64,000 nucleotides of DNA from Candidatus Thorarchaeota archaeon (GCA_046482545.1 JAWOEX010000021.1:201971-265970); one strand, 5' to 3'. Numbered from the stretch's first letter, positions 1 through 10,448 are shown. Translations and numbers: made by a program. Notes: a model not told the origin generated them from the letters alone.

Positions 1-837
1 TATCATTTCGCTCCCGGTACCAGGGCACTAACCGTGGGCAGCTGGAGATGTAATGCAACATGCGGTTTCTGCCAGAATTCCGACATATCAAAGACTGCGC
101 CAACACCAGACAACGCCAATTTCATGTCTCCCGTGTCCTTCGTTGAGGAAGCAAGAAGGCGGGGTTCACAAGGTACCTCTGTCTCTCTAAATGAAGCTGC
201 AACGCTCATGCTGGAGTGGAACATAGAGATGTTTGAAGATGCCAAGGAAGAAGGACTGTACAATACAATTGTGACGAATGGCTACATGAGCAAGAAGGCA
301 AGTGAGTTGATGGTAGATGCGGGCTTGGATGCGGCGAACATCGACATTAAGGGGTGTCAGGAAGGTGTGAAAAGGGAATGTGGCATCGACGTGGAACTGG
401 TCTGGCAAAATGCTGTAAGAATGAAGGAAAAGGGGGTTCATGTGGAACTAACCACGTTAATGGTTCCCGGGTTGAGTGATGACCTTTCATGCATAGAATC
501 TATAGCAGAACGGATTAGTCATGATTTAGGACCTTCCACTCCTTGGCACATCAGCAGATATTTCCCGGCTTTTGAGTATAGCACACCACCAACTGAAATC
601 GAAAATCTGTTCGCTGCAAAGCAGATAGGCGAAGATAAGGGGCTCCATTATGTGTATGTTGGCAATGTCTACTCCAAGAATCTACAAAATACGGTATGTC
701 CGTCCTGTGGTAGCCTATGCTATGAGCGATCCTCTATGGTCTCCATCAATAAGGGACTCACTGAGGACGGTTGTTGTGCATCTTGCGGTGCTGACCTCGA
801 TTTTTCAGGACTGCATGGCAAATGGGAACAGGAATGA
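1..837 (+). CDS. AmmeMemoRadiSam-type (PflA-like) radical SAM enzyme, 5'-truncated by the window edge
   Basis: Frame is open from base 1 (YHFAPGT...). Contains CNATCGFC (CxxxCxxC), TNGY, NIDIKG, PWHISRYFP, YVYVGNV and a C-terminal CPSC/CASC. Confidence 0.85.
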   Translation, partial: YHFAPGTRALTVGSWRCNATCGFCQNSDISKTAPTPDNANFMSPVSFVEEARRRGSQGTSVSLNEAATLMLEWNIEMFEDAKEEGLYNTIVTNGYMSKKASELMVDAGLDAANIDIKGCQEGVKRECGIDVELVWQNAVRMKEKGVHVELTTLMVPGLSDDLSCIESIAERISHDLGPSTPWHISRYFPAFEYSTPPTEIENLFAAKQIGEDKGLHYVYVGNVYSKNLQNTVCPSCGSLCYERSSMVSINKGLTEDGCCASCGADLDFSGLHGKWEQE

Positions 838-870
838 TTTGTAGAGGGATCTGCAAACAATGCCGTAGTA

Positions 871-1209
871 CTAAGTCTCTTCCTCCAACGCTTCTATTTC
901 TTGTCGAGTGGCTTCAAGCTCAGCGTCTATGTCTTCAAGGGGGATGTAGTCTTCATCCTCATCCGCCCTGTGCGTATCTAACGTATACATGACATTGAAG
1001 CCTGCTAATGTTTTATGGAGTGCATTCGAAATCTCCAAAATAGCATTCGTAATGTCATCTTGGACATCTTCATTATGCTCATAAACAAAATCATAGGCGC
1101 CTCTTATAGGGGTGAATCCAAGTTCGAGTAACTTATGAATGACTTCGCTAGGTGCTGCACCTTCACTGTTGAACCATATACTGAGTCTCGTAATGAACTT
1201 CGAGGACAT
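871..1209 (-). CDS. Conserved archaeal hypothetical protein with acidic C-terminal tail
   Basis: 112-aa ORF with an FNSEGAxPSEV...LGF...G.YDF pattern and a D/E-rich tail. Confidence 0.65.
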   Translation of the reverse strand: MSSKFITRLSIWFNSEGAAPSEVIHKLLELGFTPIRGAYDFVYEHNEDVQDDITNAILEISNALHKTLAGFNVMYTLDTHRADEDEDYIPLEDIDAELEATRQEIEALEEET

Positions 1210-1285
1210 TTCTTCACACTCCGGTTTTTTCGTGACAGGTGTAAGCTCACTACAGTTCCTATAAGACTTTGCTACACGTTATACT

Positions 1286-2371
1286 TCATCGTCCATGAGG
1301 TAACAAGGATAGGTCTTCATGTTCAAGAGTATGCTGCCAGAAGTTACGACAATCGCATTCAATCTCGGTCAGCGATTCAGGATTTTGAGTCAAAGAGAAT
1401 TCACTGATTGCCTTTGAAAAAGAATCATCACATTCCCCACAGTTGTGAGGTCCGCGCCGTTTGCCGGGAGCAACAGGATCACAAATTATTCGTACATCAG
1501 GCTTTACTTCTTGTCGTGCTCTCCTCAACACCTCGGAAACAGTCCAGAGCCAGGCTGGCCGATAATCCCGCCGATACCAAAGCCGCTCAACAACTGTGTC
1601 TTTCTGAACCGCAACAGGATTAACTGACACGGTACTTGCACCTAAATCAGCTGCATCTTTGATGCTCTGAACACCATCCAGAAGTGCCTGCCTTTCGGTC
1701 AGAAACGGCGGCTTGATTAGAATATAGGATCTGATGTCAAGACCGGCCAAGGTAGTGATATCCACAGCCCTCTTGAAATCTTCAAGTGTGAATCCTTTGT
1801 TGATGAAGACTTCCCGTACAACATCATTACTGCTTTCAAGCCCAATTGCTATCTCAACAACTTTCCCCGCAAGTGTCTTGTTGATCTCCTCAAGAATAGT
1901 GGTCTTAACAAACTCAGGGCGTGATTCGAGAACCACTTCGTGTACGCGCTCATCGTCGGAGAGTATATCGAGAATCTTCCGTCGAGCCTCAAGGGGAACT
2001 TCTTCAGAGTCAAGGAAGCTTCCACTAGTGTAGATTTTAACAGAAAGAGGTGGTTCCTTATGGTCCAGCTTCATCAAAGCTTTCTCAAACTGCTTCACAA
2101 GATTGCTGGAACTTATCTGTTCTGCAGCTCCGTCCAGTAAATAGCTGCACATGGTGCAACCACCCTGAGGACCTCTTGCGTGAGAACAGCCTACGGTTGC
2201 GAGAACAACAGATAGCGCATTGCCAATTTTTCGCCCAATTTTAGCTCGCGTAACCCATGCTGCAGAAGGTTGGGTAGGATCTGAGTGTCGTCTCTTTGAT
2301 AACGATCGTTCCCGTTCCTCTAATGCAGCCTGCGTCAGAAGTTCGCTCATTTCGTCCAAAGTGTACCCCAC
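1286..2371 (-). CDS. raSEA: Archaeosine biosynthesis radical SAM protein RaSEA
   Basis: Cx8CxxC motif (GCSHARGPQGGCTMC), KIYTSGSFLD, ESRPEF, IGLES, KPPFLTE and RGPHNCGECD; lies directly downstream of arcS. Confidence 0.9.
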   Translation of the reverse strand: MGYTLDEMSELLTQAALEERERSLSKRRHSDPTQPSAAWVTRAKIGRKIGNALSVVLATVGCSHARGPQGGCTMCSYLLDGAAEQISSSNLVKQFEKALMKLDHKEPPLSVKIYTSGSFLDSEEVPLEARRKILDILSDDERVHEVVLESRPEFVKTTILEEINKTLAGKVVEIAIGLESSNDVVREVFINKGFTLEDFKRAVDITTLAGLDIRSYILIKPPFLTERQALLDGVQSIKDAADLGASTVSVNPVAVQKDTVVERLWYRRDYRPAWLWTVSEVLRRARQEVKPDVRIICDPVAPGKRRGPHNCGECDDSFSKAISEFSLTQNPESLTEIECDCRNFWQHTLEHEDLSLLPHGR

Positions 2372-2376
2372 GTTAT

Positions 2377-4320
2377 TCAGCTCCTTTTGTGCCTTAGATG
2401 CACTGCTAGCCCATTCTCGAACTCACACATCTCGCGCCCAGACATCTCACTTTTCCCAACAGCAATGACACATTCATCGCGGTCCAGTACGATAACCTCA
2501 TCACCTGGCCTAATTACGTCATCAGCATCCTCAATACCGACAGCAAAAAGTGAACTTCCTCTTAGTTTTGAGCCGTCAAAACCAATTCTAACCGAGTATC
2601 GGCCCATCTTCGAAAGCTTCCTTCCGCCAGCATTGGTTAGAGAGAGAGAACCGTTGTCTCCTACGAAAGTGCAGACTTGCTCTCCGTCAACTTCACAAAC
2701 CACAGTTCGGTATAATCGGCCCCGAAAATCAGCATCATCTGGAATGAGTAATTCCCCAGCACCTGCTCCAAACTGGTAATCTGCAGTAGCCCTGAGCGTG
2801 TCTTTGAATTCGGTTGGATTGTGATATTCGATGTTCAAAACCTTTTTCATGTCGTAAAGTGTTTCACGAAGTGCAGCCAGAGAATTCCGTGCTGTAGCAT
2901 GTCCATCGGCAATAGAGTAGATTATGCTTTGCGAAATCTCAGACTCTGCAACCTTTACTGCATCAGTATACCCTCCAGATACATGTGCTACAACAACAAT
3001 TGATTCGTCGTACTTCTGAAGAATGGTAGCAAGAGCATCTGCAGCAATCTTGAGCTCCTCTTCATCCCACTCCCCTGTTACAGGAATGTCATATTGGGCA
3101 ACTGGATATACCCGTTCTAGCTCACGAGGAATAACGCCCAAAGGAGATGTTAGAATGACTTCCGAAAGCGCGGATTTTTCTCTTCCCAATCCTGCCTGTA
3201 TTGCTCGTTCAAATTTCCTGTGCGATCTAGATTCTGAATACGGCTTCTTGGCAGAACATGGAAGTAATAGTACCAGTCGCTTGTTAGTTGGTGGTGAATA
3301 ACGTGATGCAACAAAGTCCCTGAAACGACGGACTGCAGGAGCGTGATATGATTCAGGGCCAATCAGGTTTAACGACCTATCACCTGTTGTTGGAGTGAAC
3401 TCCTCTAGGTAGTTGTACAGTTTTCTGTCAATCCGTCGGAGAGCAGCTGCAGAAGCAGGGCTTGAGTGTGTGAAAGCCTCAACTAGCCATCTGAGTTTCC
3501 CTCTACGTAGTGCATCAACACCCTTTGACTTGACTTGCCGGTACATATTGAGATTATGTTCAAAGAGTCTCTCTTCAAACTCAGAGCTGGATATATCTTT
3601 CACATTCGTGATTTTGGCGCAAGCATCACAAGGACAGAAACGGAGAGGAACATGATCCTCAATTCTTTCAGCATCCAGTTCCCACAATCGTTTCTTGTGG
3701 AGAGCGGCTAGATGAGCATAGCCAACATCGAAAACGTCAACACCCAGATAGTATAGTAGGGGAACCAGCCACGGTTGAATTTTGCCAAGACCGATTGTAA
3801 GCCAGTTGGAAGGTAATTCAGCCCTGAAACGGATTCCATTGAAATCTCTTGGACCAAGATTTCCGTTGAAAGAAAATGCTGCAGCCCTTACCCCCAATCC
3901 ATGAAGATCTTCAACTACGTCGAGCATGCCATTCTTCTTCGCACCTGCAGGTACCCGCAAGATGAGACGAGCAGGGTCAATCTGTCTACTCCATTGCCGG
4001 GCCAAGTCCACTTGCCGCTCTAGCAGGTACTGAGCCATATAAGAGATAGAATCTGATGAGTATGCCACAGATGGAAGGAGAATCATATGCTCGTGATCTT
4101 CAAGAGGGGCTACATTGGTTTCCTTGTGAAACACAGTTGAAAGGATGCCCATATCTGGAATTTTCACATCGTTTCCTGAGTAACCAATGTGCTGAAACCC
4201 TTCTACCCCCCTATATCCTAGAGCAAGAAGAGCTGGAAGATTCACGCGGTGCTTCTCAGTCTTGTATTCACCAATTCTAGCGGGGCCATCGTGACCTTCA
4301 CCAATAAGAAATTCGTTCAA
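2377..4320 (-). CDS. arcS: Archaeosine synthase ArcS (TGT-like N-terminus, DUF5591, PUA domain)
   Basis: HDGPARIG, CPCDAC...HN zinc site, LLPCSAKKPYSESRSH, TSPLGVIPRELE..YP...YDIPVTG.W, DYQFG and a C-terminal PUA (IRPGDEV). Confidence 0.9.
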   Translation of the reverse strand: MNEFLIGEGHDGPARIGEYKTEKHRVNLPALLALGYRGVEGFQHIGYSGNDVKIPDMGILSTVFHKETNVAPLEDHEHMILLPSVAYSSDSISYMAQYLLERQVDLARQWSRQIDPARLILRVPAGAKKNGMLDVVEDLHGLGVRAAAFSFNGNLGPRDFNGIRFRAELPSNWLTIGLGKIQPWLVPLLYYLGVDVFDVGYAHLAALHKKRLWELDAERIEDHVPLRFCPCDACAKITNVKDISSSEFEERLFEHNLNMYRQVKSKGVDALRRGKLRWLVEAFTHSSPASAAALRRIDRKLYNYLEEFTPTTGDRSLNLIGPESYHAPAVRRFRDFVASRYSPPTNKRLVLLLPCSAKKPYSESRSHRKFERAIQAGLGREKSALSEVILTSPLGVIPRELERVYPVAQYDIPVTGEWDEEELKIAADALATILQKYDESIVVVAHVSGGYTDAVKVAESEISQSIIYSIADGHATARNSLAALRETLYDMKKVLNIEYHNPTEFKDTLRATADYQFGAGAGELLIPDDADFRGRLYRTVVCEVDGEQVCTFVGDNGSLSLTNAGGRKLSKMGRYSVRIGFDGSKLRGSSLFAVGIEDADDVIRPGDEVIVLDRDECVIAVGKSEMSGREMCEFENGLAVHLRHKRS

Positions 4321-4338
4321 TTATCTATCCTCCGTAAA

Positions 4339-6984
4339 TCAGACCAAGGGCTCGTATCCTCGATAGCCTTCTATGTCAACTTGTGTGTCGGTTCCAGCAA
4401 GTATCTGTCGAACGCTTTCCAATGCGCCCTGCTTGAATAGTGGACTGTTATTATTACCACATTGATAGGAATAAGTGCATAATGGGCAGCCATCTACTGT
4501 ATCGCAATCACACTTATCCAAGATAGTTTCAGACCTTTTCAAAGCCTCTTGAAGTCTTGTAAACAGCAGCTTTGAAGCACCATTTCCTCCAGGACAACCA
4601 TCGTAAACGAATATTATACCACTGTCGCCCATAGATACACCGCCGATTTCTCTCGTGCTGCCTCCGGTTAACATATCGCTTGATTCTATCACTACATGCT
4701 CTAAAGCATGGAAAGCACCGCCGTAAAGTTCTCCTGGACCCATCTTGGGTCCTTCGGCATCTTTGAGTTCCCCGTATAGATATTCGTTCACAGCAGTATC
4801 TGGCTCTGGAGCAGCGAATGCAAAACCCTTTGTCCGATATGTGTAGACTAAAGGATCTTTCAAATGAATCATATCTAGTATATCGCCACTCCGAGTCGCT
4901 TTCTTAACATAGCCATCGACCGTCTGTTTCATTTCTAGATTGCAATAGGCCACGTCCATTCCAAGTAAGTCTTGACATTCATTGATTTTCATGATTCGCG
5001 GCATTGTGACATACAACGGACGAGTGTAGACATTTTTCTCATCACTTTGTACCACTCGAGCCCTACCCAGTCCCGAAGTGTATCGAAAGTCGACTGACTT
5101 GTAATTCTGCCCTCCATGGAGGTAAATTGCTCCTGGATGAAGCTCTTGCGCAGCCATCGGCATTGACCGACGGCCAATGGTCTTCTTCCCGGATTTGATT
5201 TGGACAGTATCACCAATTCCCCGAATGCTGTATCCCCTCCATTTTTTCCTAGCCTGTTCATAATCAACAACTCTTACCTTCCCATCATCATTCACAGAGA
5301 GAATGCCATCCTTTTCCAGTTCTTCGAGAATTTCCTGTTGGCGCGGGAAATGAGAAACATGCAGTTTGCCACTCATAGCCGCAGCAATAAGCTGGAAATA
5401 CCCCACAACCTCGTTATCGGGCTCCATATAAGCTGCATCGATATCGGTGAAATACTTGTCAGGCTGATGTCTATAGAAAGAGGAGATAGGATCATTGTCG
5501 CGAAGAGCTAAAACCGCTACACTCTCTTGTCCTTTCCTGCCGGCCCTCCCGATTCGCTGAGTTAGCCGTGTAATGGAAGTAATCACGCTTACAACGGAGT
5601 CGAGATCCCCAATATCCACACCAAGCTCGAGGGTTGGTGTTGATACTATAATTGGAAGGTCACCGGATTTGAAGTTCTCCTCAACATCATTTCTGTACTT
5701 CTTAGATAGGCCAGCCCTGTGTACCATCGACTTGTGACCACTTTCGTTGATTAATATGTTAAGAAGCTCGGCTTCAGTATGGGTGTTGCCAAAAACCAGT
5801 GTTTTGAATTCGCCTTCTTGGAGCTTGTCAACAATATCGACAATCATGGTGTATTTGCTTCTCTCGCCAGGATAATACATCATAAAGTGTATCGGCCCAC
5901 GTTTGGCGCTTTCTGACGCAACCAGCTCAACCTCTGTGTTGAATATGAGCTCAGCAAACTCTTTCGGGTTGGCAATTGTTGCTGACGCACCGATTTTCTG
6001 AAAATCCCCACAGGCGATAGCTAGCCGTTTCAGGATGTAGTACAGGTTTGCGCCCATTGAGCCAGAGTATAAGTGAATCTCATCTAGGACAACATAATCA
6101 ACGGTTTCCAAGAGCGGCACTAAGCGAGACCTTTTCCAGCCTAAATGATAATGTAAGATGTCAGGATTCGTCAAGAGAATATCAGGCGGATTTGAGTAAA
6201 TTTTCCGTCTCTTATATTGCGAGACATCTCCATCAAATAGGGCTGCTGAAAGACCACATACCTCGCACATTGCCGAAATCTTCTCGAACTGGTCTCGGGC
6301 AAGTGCCTTTGTGGGATAAACAAGCAGGGTCCTCACACCGGGATTTACTACAGCCTCCCGAATGTTGATTAGCAGTTTCTTCATGATAGGAAGAATGAAG
6401 CCCTCTGTCTTCCCCTGTGCAGTAGGAGCAGAGATAACAACATCATGTCCACCCATGATGAGATCATAGCAGTCTTCTTGGAATTTGTAGAGCGTTTCTA
6501 TTCCTTTGTCATTGAGAACACTCTTCAGACGTATAGGAATCTTGAGATTTTCAATGGAAGAACCGTATTCAGCATCTGTGGCCTTCATGTACCTATACGT
6601 AACCAGATAATCATGCCCCCGACGTGCAAGCTCTTCCAAGCCCGACGGCAATTCATCAAGTTCAGCCCCACCGTTTTCGATTCTTTCTTGAATTTCTTCC
6701 AGAGATTGTACTCGCTCTTTGCGAGCTTTCCTTCTTCGCCGTGAAGAACCTCTCTTTGACCTTGTTCTTCTTTTCCATGACTTCCGTTTGGGTGTGGAAC
6801 CTCCAATCTTCCCACTCTTGATAGCTTCAGAGTATGCCTCATACGCGTCAAAAAGATCGCCACCCTTGATACTGAGTTCTGCATTACAGTGACCGCATCG
6901 CACGGTCCAAATGCGGCCTTTTTGGTTGATGACGAGCTTTGAACCGCATTTAAGACAGTGGAGCACGGGCATCGGCTTCAACAA
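4339..6984 (-). CDS. SF2 DEAH-box helicase with DUF1998 (MrfA/Hrq1/SftH-like)
   Basis: APTAQGKT, YPTKALARDQ, DEIH, SAT, LELGVDIG, QRIGRAGR; C-terminal YDGCPGGNG and CDC...GCPLC...CGNNN. Confidence 0.9.
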   Translation of the reverse strand: MLKPMPVLHCLKCGSKLVINQKGRIWTVRCGHCNAELSIKGGDLFDAYEAYSEAIKSGKIGGSTPKRKSWKRRTRSKRGSSRRRRKARKERVQSLEEIQERIENGGAELDELPSGLEELARRGHDYLVTYRYMKATDAEYGSSIENLKIPIRLKSVLNDKGIETLYKFQEDCYDLIMGGHDVVISAPTAQGKTEGFILPIMKKLLINIREAVVNPGVRTLLVYPTKALARDQFEKISAMCEVCGLSAALFDGDVSQYKRRKIYSNPPDILLTNPDILHYHLGWKRSRLVPLLETVDYVVLDEIHLYSGSMGANLYYILKRLAIACGDFQKIGASATIANPKEFAELIFNTEVELVASESAKRGPIHFMMYYPGERSKYTMIVDIVDKLQEGEFKTLVFGNTHTEAELLNILINESGHKSMVHRAGLSKKYRNDVEENFKSGDLPIIVSTPTLELGVDIGDLDSVVSVITSITRLTQRIGRAGRKGQESVAVLALRDNDPISSFYRHQPDKYFTDIDAAYMEPDNEVVGYFQLIAAAMSGKLHVSHFPRQQEILEELEKDGILSVNDDGKVRVVDYEQARKKWRGYSIRGIGDTVQIKSGKKTIGRRSMPMAAQELHPGAIYLHGGQNYKSVDFRYTSGLGRARVVQSDEKNVYTRPLYVTMPRIMKINECQDLLGMDVAYCNLEMKQTVDGYVKKATRSGDILDMIHLKDPLVYTYRTKGFAFAAPEPDTAVNEYLYGELKDAEGPKMGPGELYGGAFHALEHVVIESSDMLTGGSTREIGGVSMGDSGIIFVYDGCPGGNGASKLLFTRLQEALKRSETILDKCDCDTVDGCPLCTYSYQCGNNNSPLFKQGALESVRQILAGTDTQVDIEGYRGYEPLV

Positions 6985-7325
6985 ATCCTCCAGAAAAGGC
7001 TAATTCAGGCCGCTTATCAAATTTTGGCAGTGTATTTAGCAAGGATAGGGAGTATCAAAGGAATGAGTGCACAATCTTGTTGGCGGATGGTTTATTGGAA
7101 GCACGGAAACAGTCGGTAACGAGGAATCTAATACAATCGGCGTGTCAATCATCAAAAAGGTTATTGAAGGCCTAGCGGGTAGATTTCGATAGAAGGTAAT
7201 GAAGAAGACCCGGAGACTCCAAGCGATTCTACTCTTAACAGAGTCTCAAAATGTTGCGCTTTCACAATGGTTAAAAGCGGTTGTGCAAGTTGTTATCACA
7301 ACCGATTCGTACCGGAGATAAAACA

Positions 7326-7685
7326 ATGGTCAAAGATATTAACTCAGATCAGATTCCAGAAATAATCGAAGATAATAAAGTCGTATTCGTCGACTGCCAT
7401 GCTGTCTGGTGCCAACCTTGCAGGACATTAAGCCCGATACTGGAGAATATTCACGAGAAATATAACAGCAAAGGACTGAGGGTAGTCAAACTGGATGTAG
7501 ATGAGAACCGTGACTTCAGCACCAAGAACCAAATCACCGGAGTGCCCAGTGTACTTGTCTATGCTGACGGGCAGCGTGTTGTATTTGACGACGGCAACGG
7601 TAACAAGATGGATAGGCTAGTTGGTGTAATGCCAATGGAAGTCTATGATACGATAGCCAATGAGCTGCTCGGGGAAGCATCCTAA
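7326..7685 (+). CDS. Thioredoxin
   Basis: WCQPC active site and cis-Pro GVPS; ATG at 7326 follows a GGAG SD-like motif. Confidence 0.9.
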   Translation: MVKDINSDQIPEIIEDNKVVFVDCHAVWCQPCRTLSPILENIHEKYNSKGLRVVKLDVDENRDFSTKNQITGVPSVLVYADGQRVVFDDGNGNKMDRLVGVMPMEVYDTIANELLGEAS

Positions 7686-7745
7686 GAATATGCCGCCAAC
7701 AAGCTTGATTAGGGATAGCCAGATACGTCCGAGAAGGTGAATTGT

Positions 7746-8102
7746 ATGGTCAACGATGTAACGCCACAAGCAGTAGAGCAAGCAAAAAATGAAAACAAGG
7801 TAGTACTTGTCGATTGCTGGGCGCCATGGTGCGGCCCCTGCAAGGCTTTGGGGCCAATCCTAGATGAGCTTGAACAAGAGTACATGGATAACCCCGATGT
7901 GAAATTCCTTAAAGTAAATACGCAAGAATACAGACAATTCGCAGTAGAGAATAACCTCGTGGCAATTCCTTGTGTACTCATCTACAAGAATGGAAAACTG
8001 GCAACCTACGAGGATCCCCATAGGGGCGAGAAAACAGATCGACTTGTGGGACTGCGGCCTGCTGAACAGTACGAGCAGGTAATAGACACCCTTCTTGAAT
8101 AG
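7746..8102 (+). CDS. trxA: Thioredoxin (tandem paralog)
   Basis: WAPWCGPC motif and AIPC; AGGTGA SD-like motif upstream. Confidence 0.88.
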   Translation: MVNDVTPQAVEQAKNENKVVLVDCWAPWCGPCKALGPILDELEQEYMDNPDVKFLKVNTQEYRQFAVENNLVAIPCVLIYKNGKLATYEDPHRGEKTDRLVGLRPAEQYEQVIDTLLE

Positions 8103-8189
8103 TTACCTTCTTGGCTTACGACGCAGGTCATAGGTTTATTAGACAGAAGAAATATTGCCAGAATAATCAATCTGTAGAGGTCCAAGAAG

Positions 8190-8714
8190 TTGCCTATTCT
8201 TCCCTTTGGAGACACAAAGCCTGATATTGACCCAGAAGCATACATCAGCACACAAGCAACCATCGTAGGCGATGTGACGATTAGCGAAGGGGTAAGTGTT
8301 TGGCCTGGAGCTGTGATTCGTGGAGATCGCGCTTCAGTCAGCATTGAAGAAAACTCGTGTGTGCAAGATAGCGTCGTCATACACGCACATAACGAAGAGA
8401 ATCCGGCTATGATTGGGAGCCACACTGCAATTGGCTCCAGCTCAGTCTTGCACGGAGTTTACCTAGGGGACTCGGTTGATATTGGTGAAGCCTGTGTAGT
8501 TTTTGATGGAGCAACCTTGGGAGAGGGAGTGAAACTTGCGCCAGGTTCCATAGTACCCGAAAATGTGGTGATTCCACCACGGAGCCTGAATTCTGGCTCA
8601 CCTGCCTCTCAAATCAGGGAATTATCTCAGAAGGATGTTGAACGGCAGAAGACAAATGCGAAAGTCATAAGTCAAGTGTTTCAGAAACTTCGAAAGTGGC
8701 AGTTCCAGCCATAG
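8190..8714 (+). CDS. Gamma-carbonic anhydrase family (hexapeptide-repeat) protein lacking one Zn-ligand His
   Basis: IVGDVTI, WPGAVIRGD and VQDSVVIH are present; IGSSSVLHG replaces the usual IGHxxxLHG. Confidence 0.8.
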   Translation: MPILPFGDTKPDIDPEAYISTQATIVGDVTISEGVSVWPGAVIRGDRASVSIEENSCVQDSVVIHAHNEENPAMIGSHTAIGSSSVLHGVYLGDSVDIGEACVVFDGATLGEGVKLAPGSIVPENVVIPPRSLNSGSPASQIRELSQKDVERQKTNAKVISQVFQKLRKWQFQP

Positions 8715-8715
8715 G

Positions 8716-9834
8716 TTATAGCGTCTCACGTGTCATACTTGTCAAACGCGAACAACCATCCGCGGTGATAAGGAGCATATCCGCAATCTTAGCAGTCCCT
8801 GCCGGTTCACTATAAAACGTGGGATGAGCTGAAAAAATCATGCCCTCTCGTAACGAGTATGTACTACTGGGCGCTATCTGAGGGGGTTCTCGCAAATCCA
8901 AACCAATCGATGAACCAAGAACCCGCCCCTCTTTTTCTGTATTGAAGATTCCCTCGATGCATCTGGTTGCAAGCTTGGAAATCCGTACATGAGGTGCCAT
9001 TAGCTCTTCAAGATTTAATGATACATCTAGCACACTGTTGAATAATGCCTTTTCATCTGGGTCTGGGGTTCCTGTATGTAGTGTTCTAGATATCTCAGCA
9101 AAATAACCAGAGTGGCTTACAGTTATGTCGATTAAAACAAGGTCGTCATCACCAATGCGCTCTGCACTGGGTCGTACAAAAGGAAATCTTCCATGTCTTC
9201 CGGATAGTACTGCCGCCCTGATACCTTTGAGCTGTCCACCAGATCCTCGCATTGCTGCCTCGATTTCAACCGAAGCATCCTCCTCTGTCTTTCCCGGTAC
9301 CACAATTTCTAATGCTGTCCTCAACCCAATTTCAGCTATTCTTGTTGCCGCTTTGATTGTCTCGATTTCAGAAGGATCCTTTATCTGACGCAATCGCCAC
9401 AGGTTCTTAGAAAAATCACAGAAACCAGCTTCTGGGAGGGTCTTCTTTAGAAGATTAAATTCCATCACTGAGACCCAATCCTGCTGGAAGCCAATCATGC
9501 CATCTTCTACTCCCATGTCACAAATTTCTTTGATAGCCATTTTCCACATCTGAGGACTATGGGCCAAAAACCATTCTGGCGAACCACCATCAGGGAATGT
9601 AACTACTTTTGTCATCACCAAATCGAGAGATGAAGCTTTCCTCTGTGTTTCGGAGACAATCAAATGGGGTTGGTGACCATCAACGACAACGCACGCAACA
9701 GGAAGATTGTGCTGTGGAGGTTGGTAACCAGTAAGGTACTGGATATCCGGCTTCCGGGTCACAATAATAGCATCGATTTCTTCCACCCTCATTGAACGAT
9801 GAACTTTCTCTAGTCGTTGGGGAGTAAATTCCAT
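8716..9834 (-). CDS. M24/Xaa-Pro peptidase-family protein with degenerate metal site
   Basis: Creatinase-like N-domain (IQYLTGY) plus pita-bread fold (RQIKDPSE); several canonical ligands are replaced. ATG 9834 follows GAGG. Confidence 0.8.
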   Translation of the reverse strand: MEFTPQRLEKVHRSMRVEEIDAIIVTRKPDIQYLTGYQPPQHNLPVACVVVDGHQPHLIVSETQRKASSLDLVMTKVVTFPDGGSPEWFLAHSPQMWKMAIKEICDMGVEDGMIGFQQDWVSVMEFNLLKKTLPEAGFCDFSKNLWRLRQIKDPSEIETIKAATRIAEIGLRTALEIVVPGKTEEDASVEIEAAMRGSGGQLKGIRAAVLSGRHGRFPFVRPSAERIGDDDLVLIDITVSHSGYFAEISRTLHTGTPDPDEKALFNSVLDVSLNLEELMAPHVRISKLATRCIEGIFNTEKEGRVLGSSIGLDLREPPQIAPSSTYSLREGMIFSAHPTFYSEPAGTAKIADMLLITADGCSRLTSMTRETL

Positions 9835-10448
9835 GATTGAAACCTCTGAAAACTGTATGTATGATTCCAAAAGCGGTCTTCGCGTTGACTCTAGTGTTTC
9901 CCTTTCTAAGGGGATTTAAGCCTATAGATAATACCTTCTGGACTCTTTGTTGCAAGCTTGTAGACTCGTAGGTGGGAAGCCTTCAAATCTCCAATATCTT
10001 GCAGTTTGACCCAAGAACCATTGACTTCAAAGAAGGTACCAACGGTATACGCTCCTGAAATCAGTTATTCTTCCATGCTAAAAATCCTCAGAGGTCTTAG
10101 TCGTTTTGAATGAGCAACATTTTCAAACATTGTTCAAGAAGAAGAGATTAACAAGAAAAATCTCAGGATATCTATTCATATGTGAATCGCTTCGATTTGT
10201 AAGAAAGGATGACTTAGGTACATTCAGCCTAACGCGATGAGTGGGAAATGGCTGATCCGGCCATACCTCGAAAACGCAAATCCTCAATCCTCCGGAATGC
10301 TCTTTTGGCGAGTCCGTGTAAACCGGTCATCAGCAAGCTTTCTGAATTTGAGAATGCTTTTGATACAAAACAAGCTGGAAGTATTCTAGAGTATTGGCTC
10401 AAAAGGAAATGGTCAGAATCAACTCGACAAGAAAATTGAATAGTAGTA

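Noticed and set aside
7114-7191. Fragment IGVSIIKKVIEGLAGRF resembling a histidine-kinase C-terminus
   Set aside because: Too short, with no start codon or other kinase motifs.
9871-10448. Integrated element at the tRNA 3' end (ORF 10248..10439 and fragments)
   Set aside because: No partial tRNA duplication or integrase remnant recognised; at most decayed sequence.
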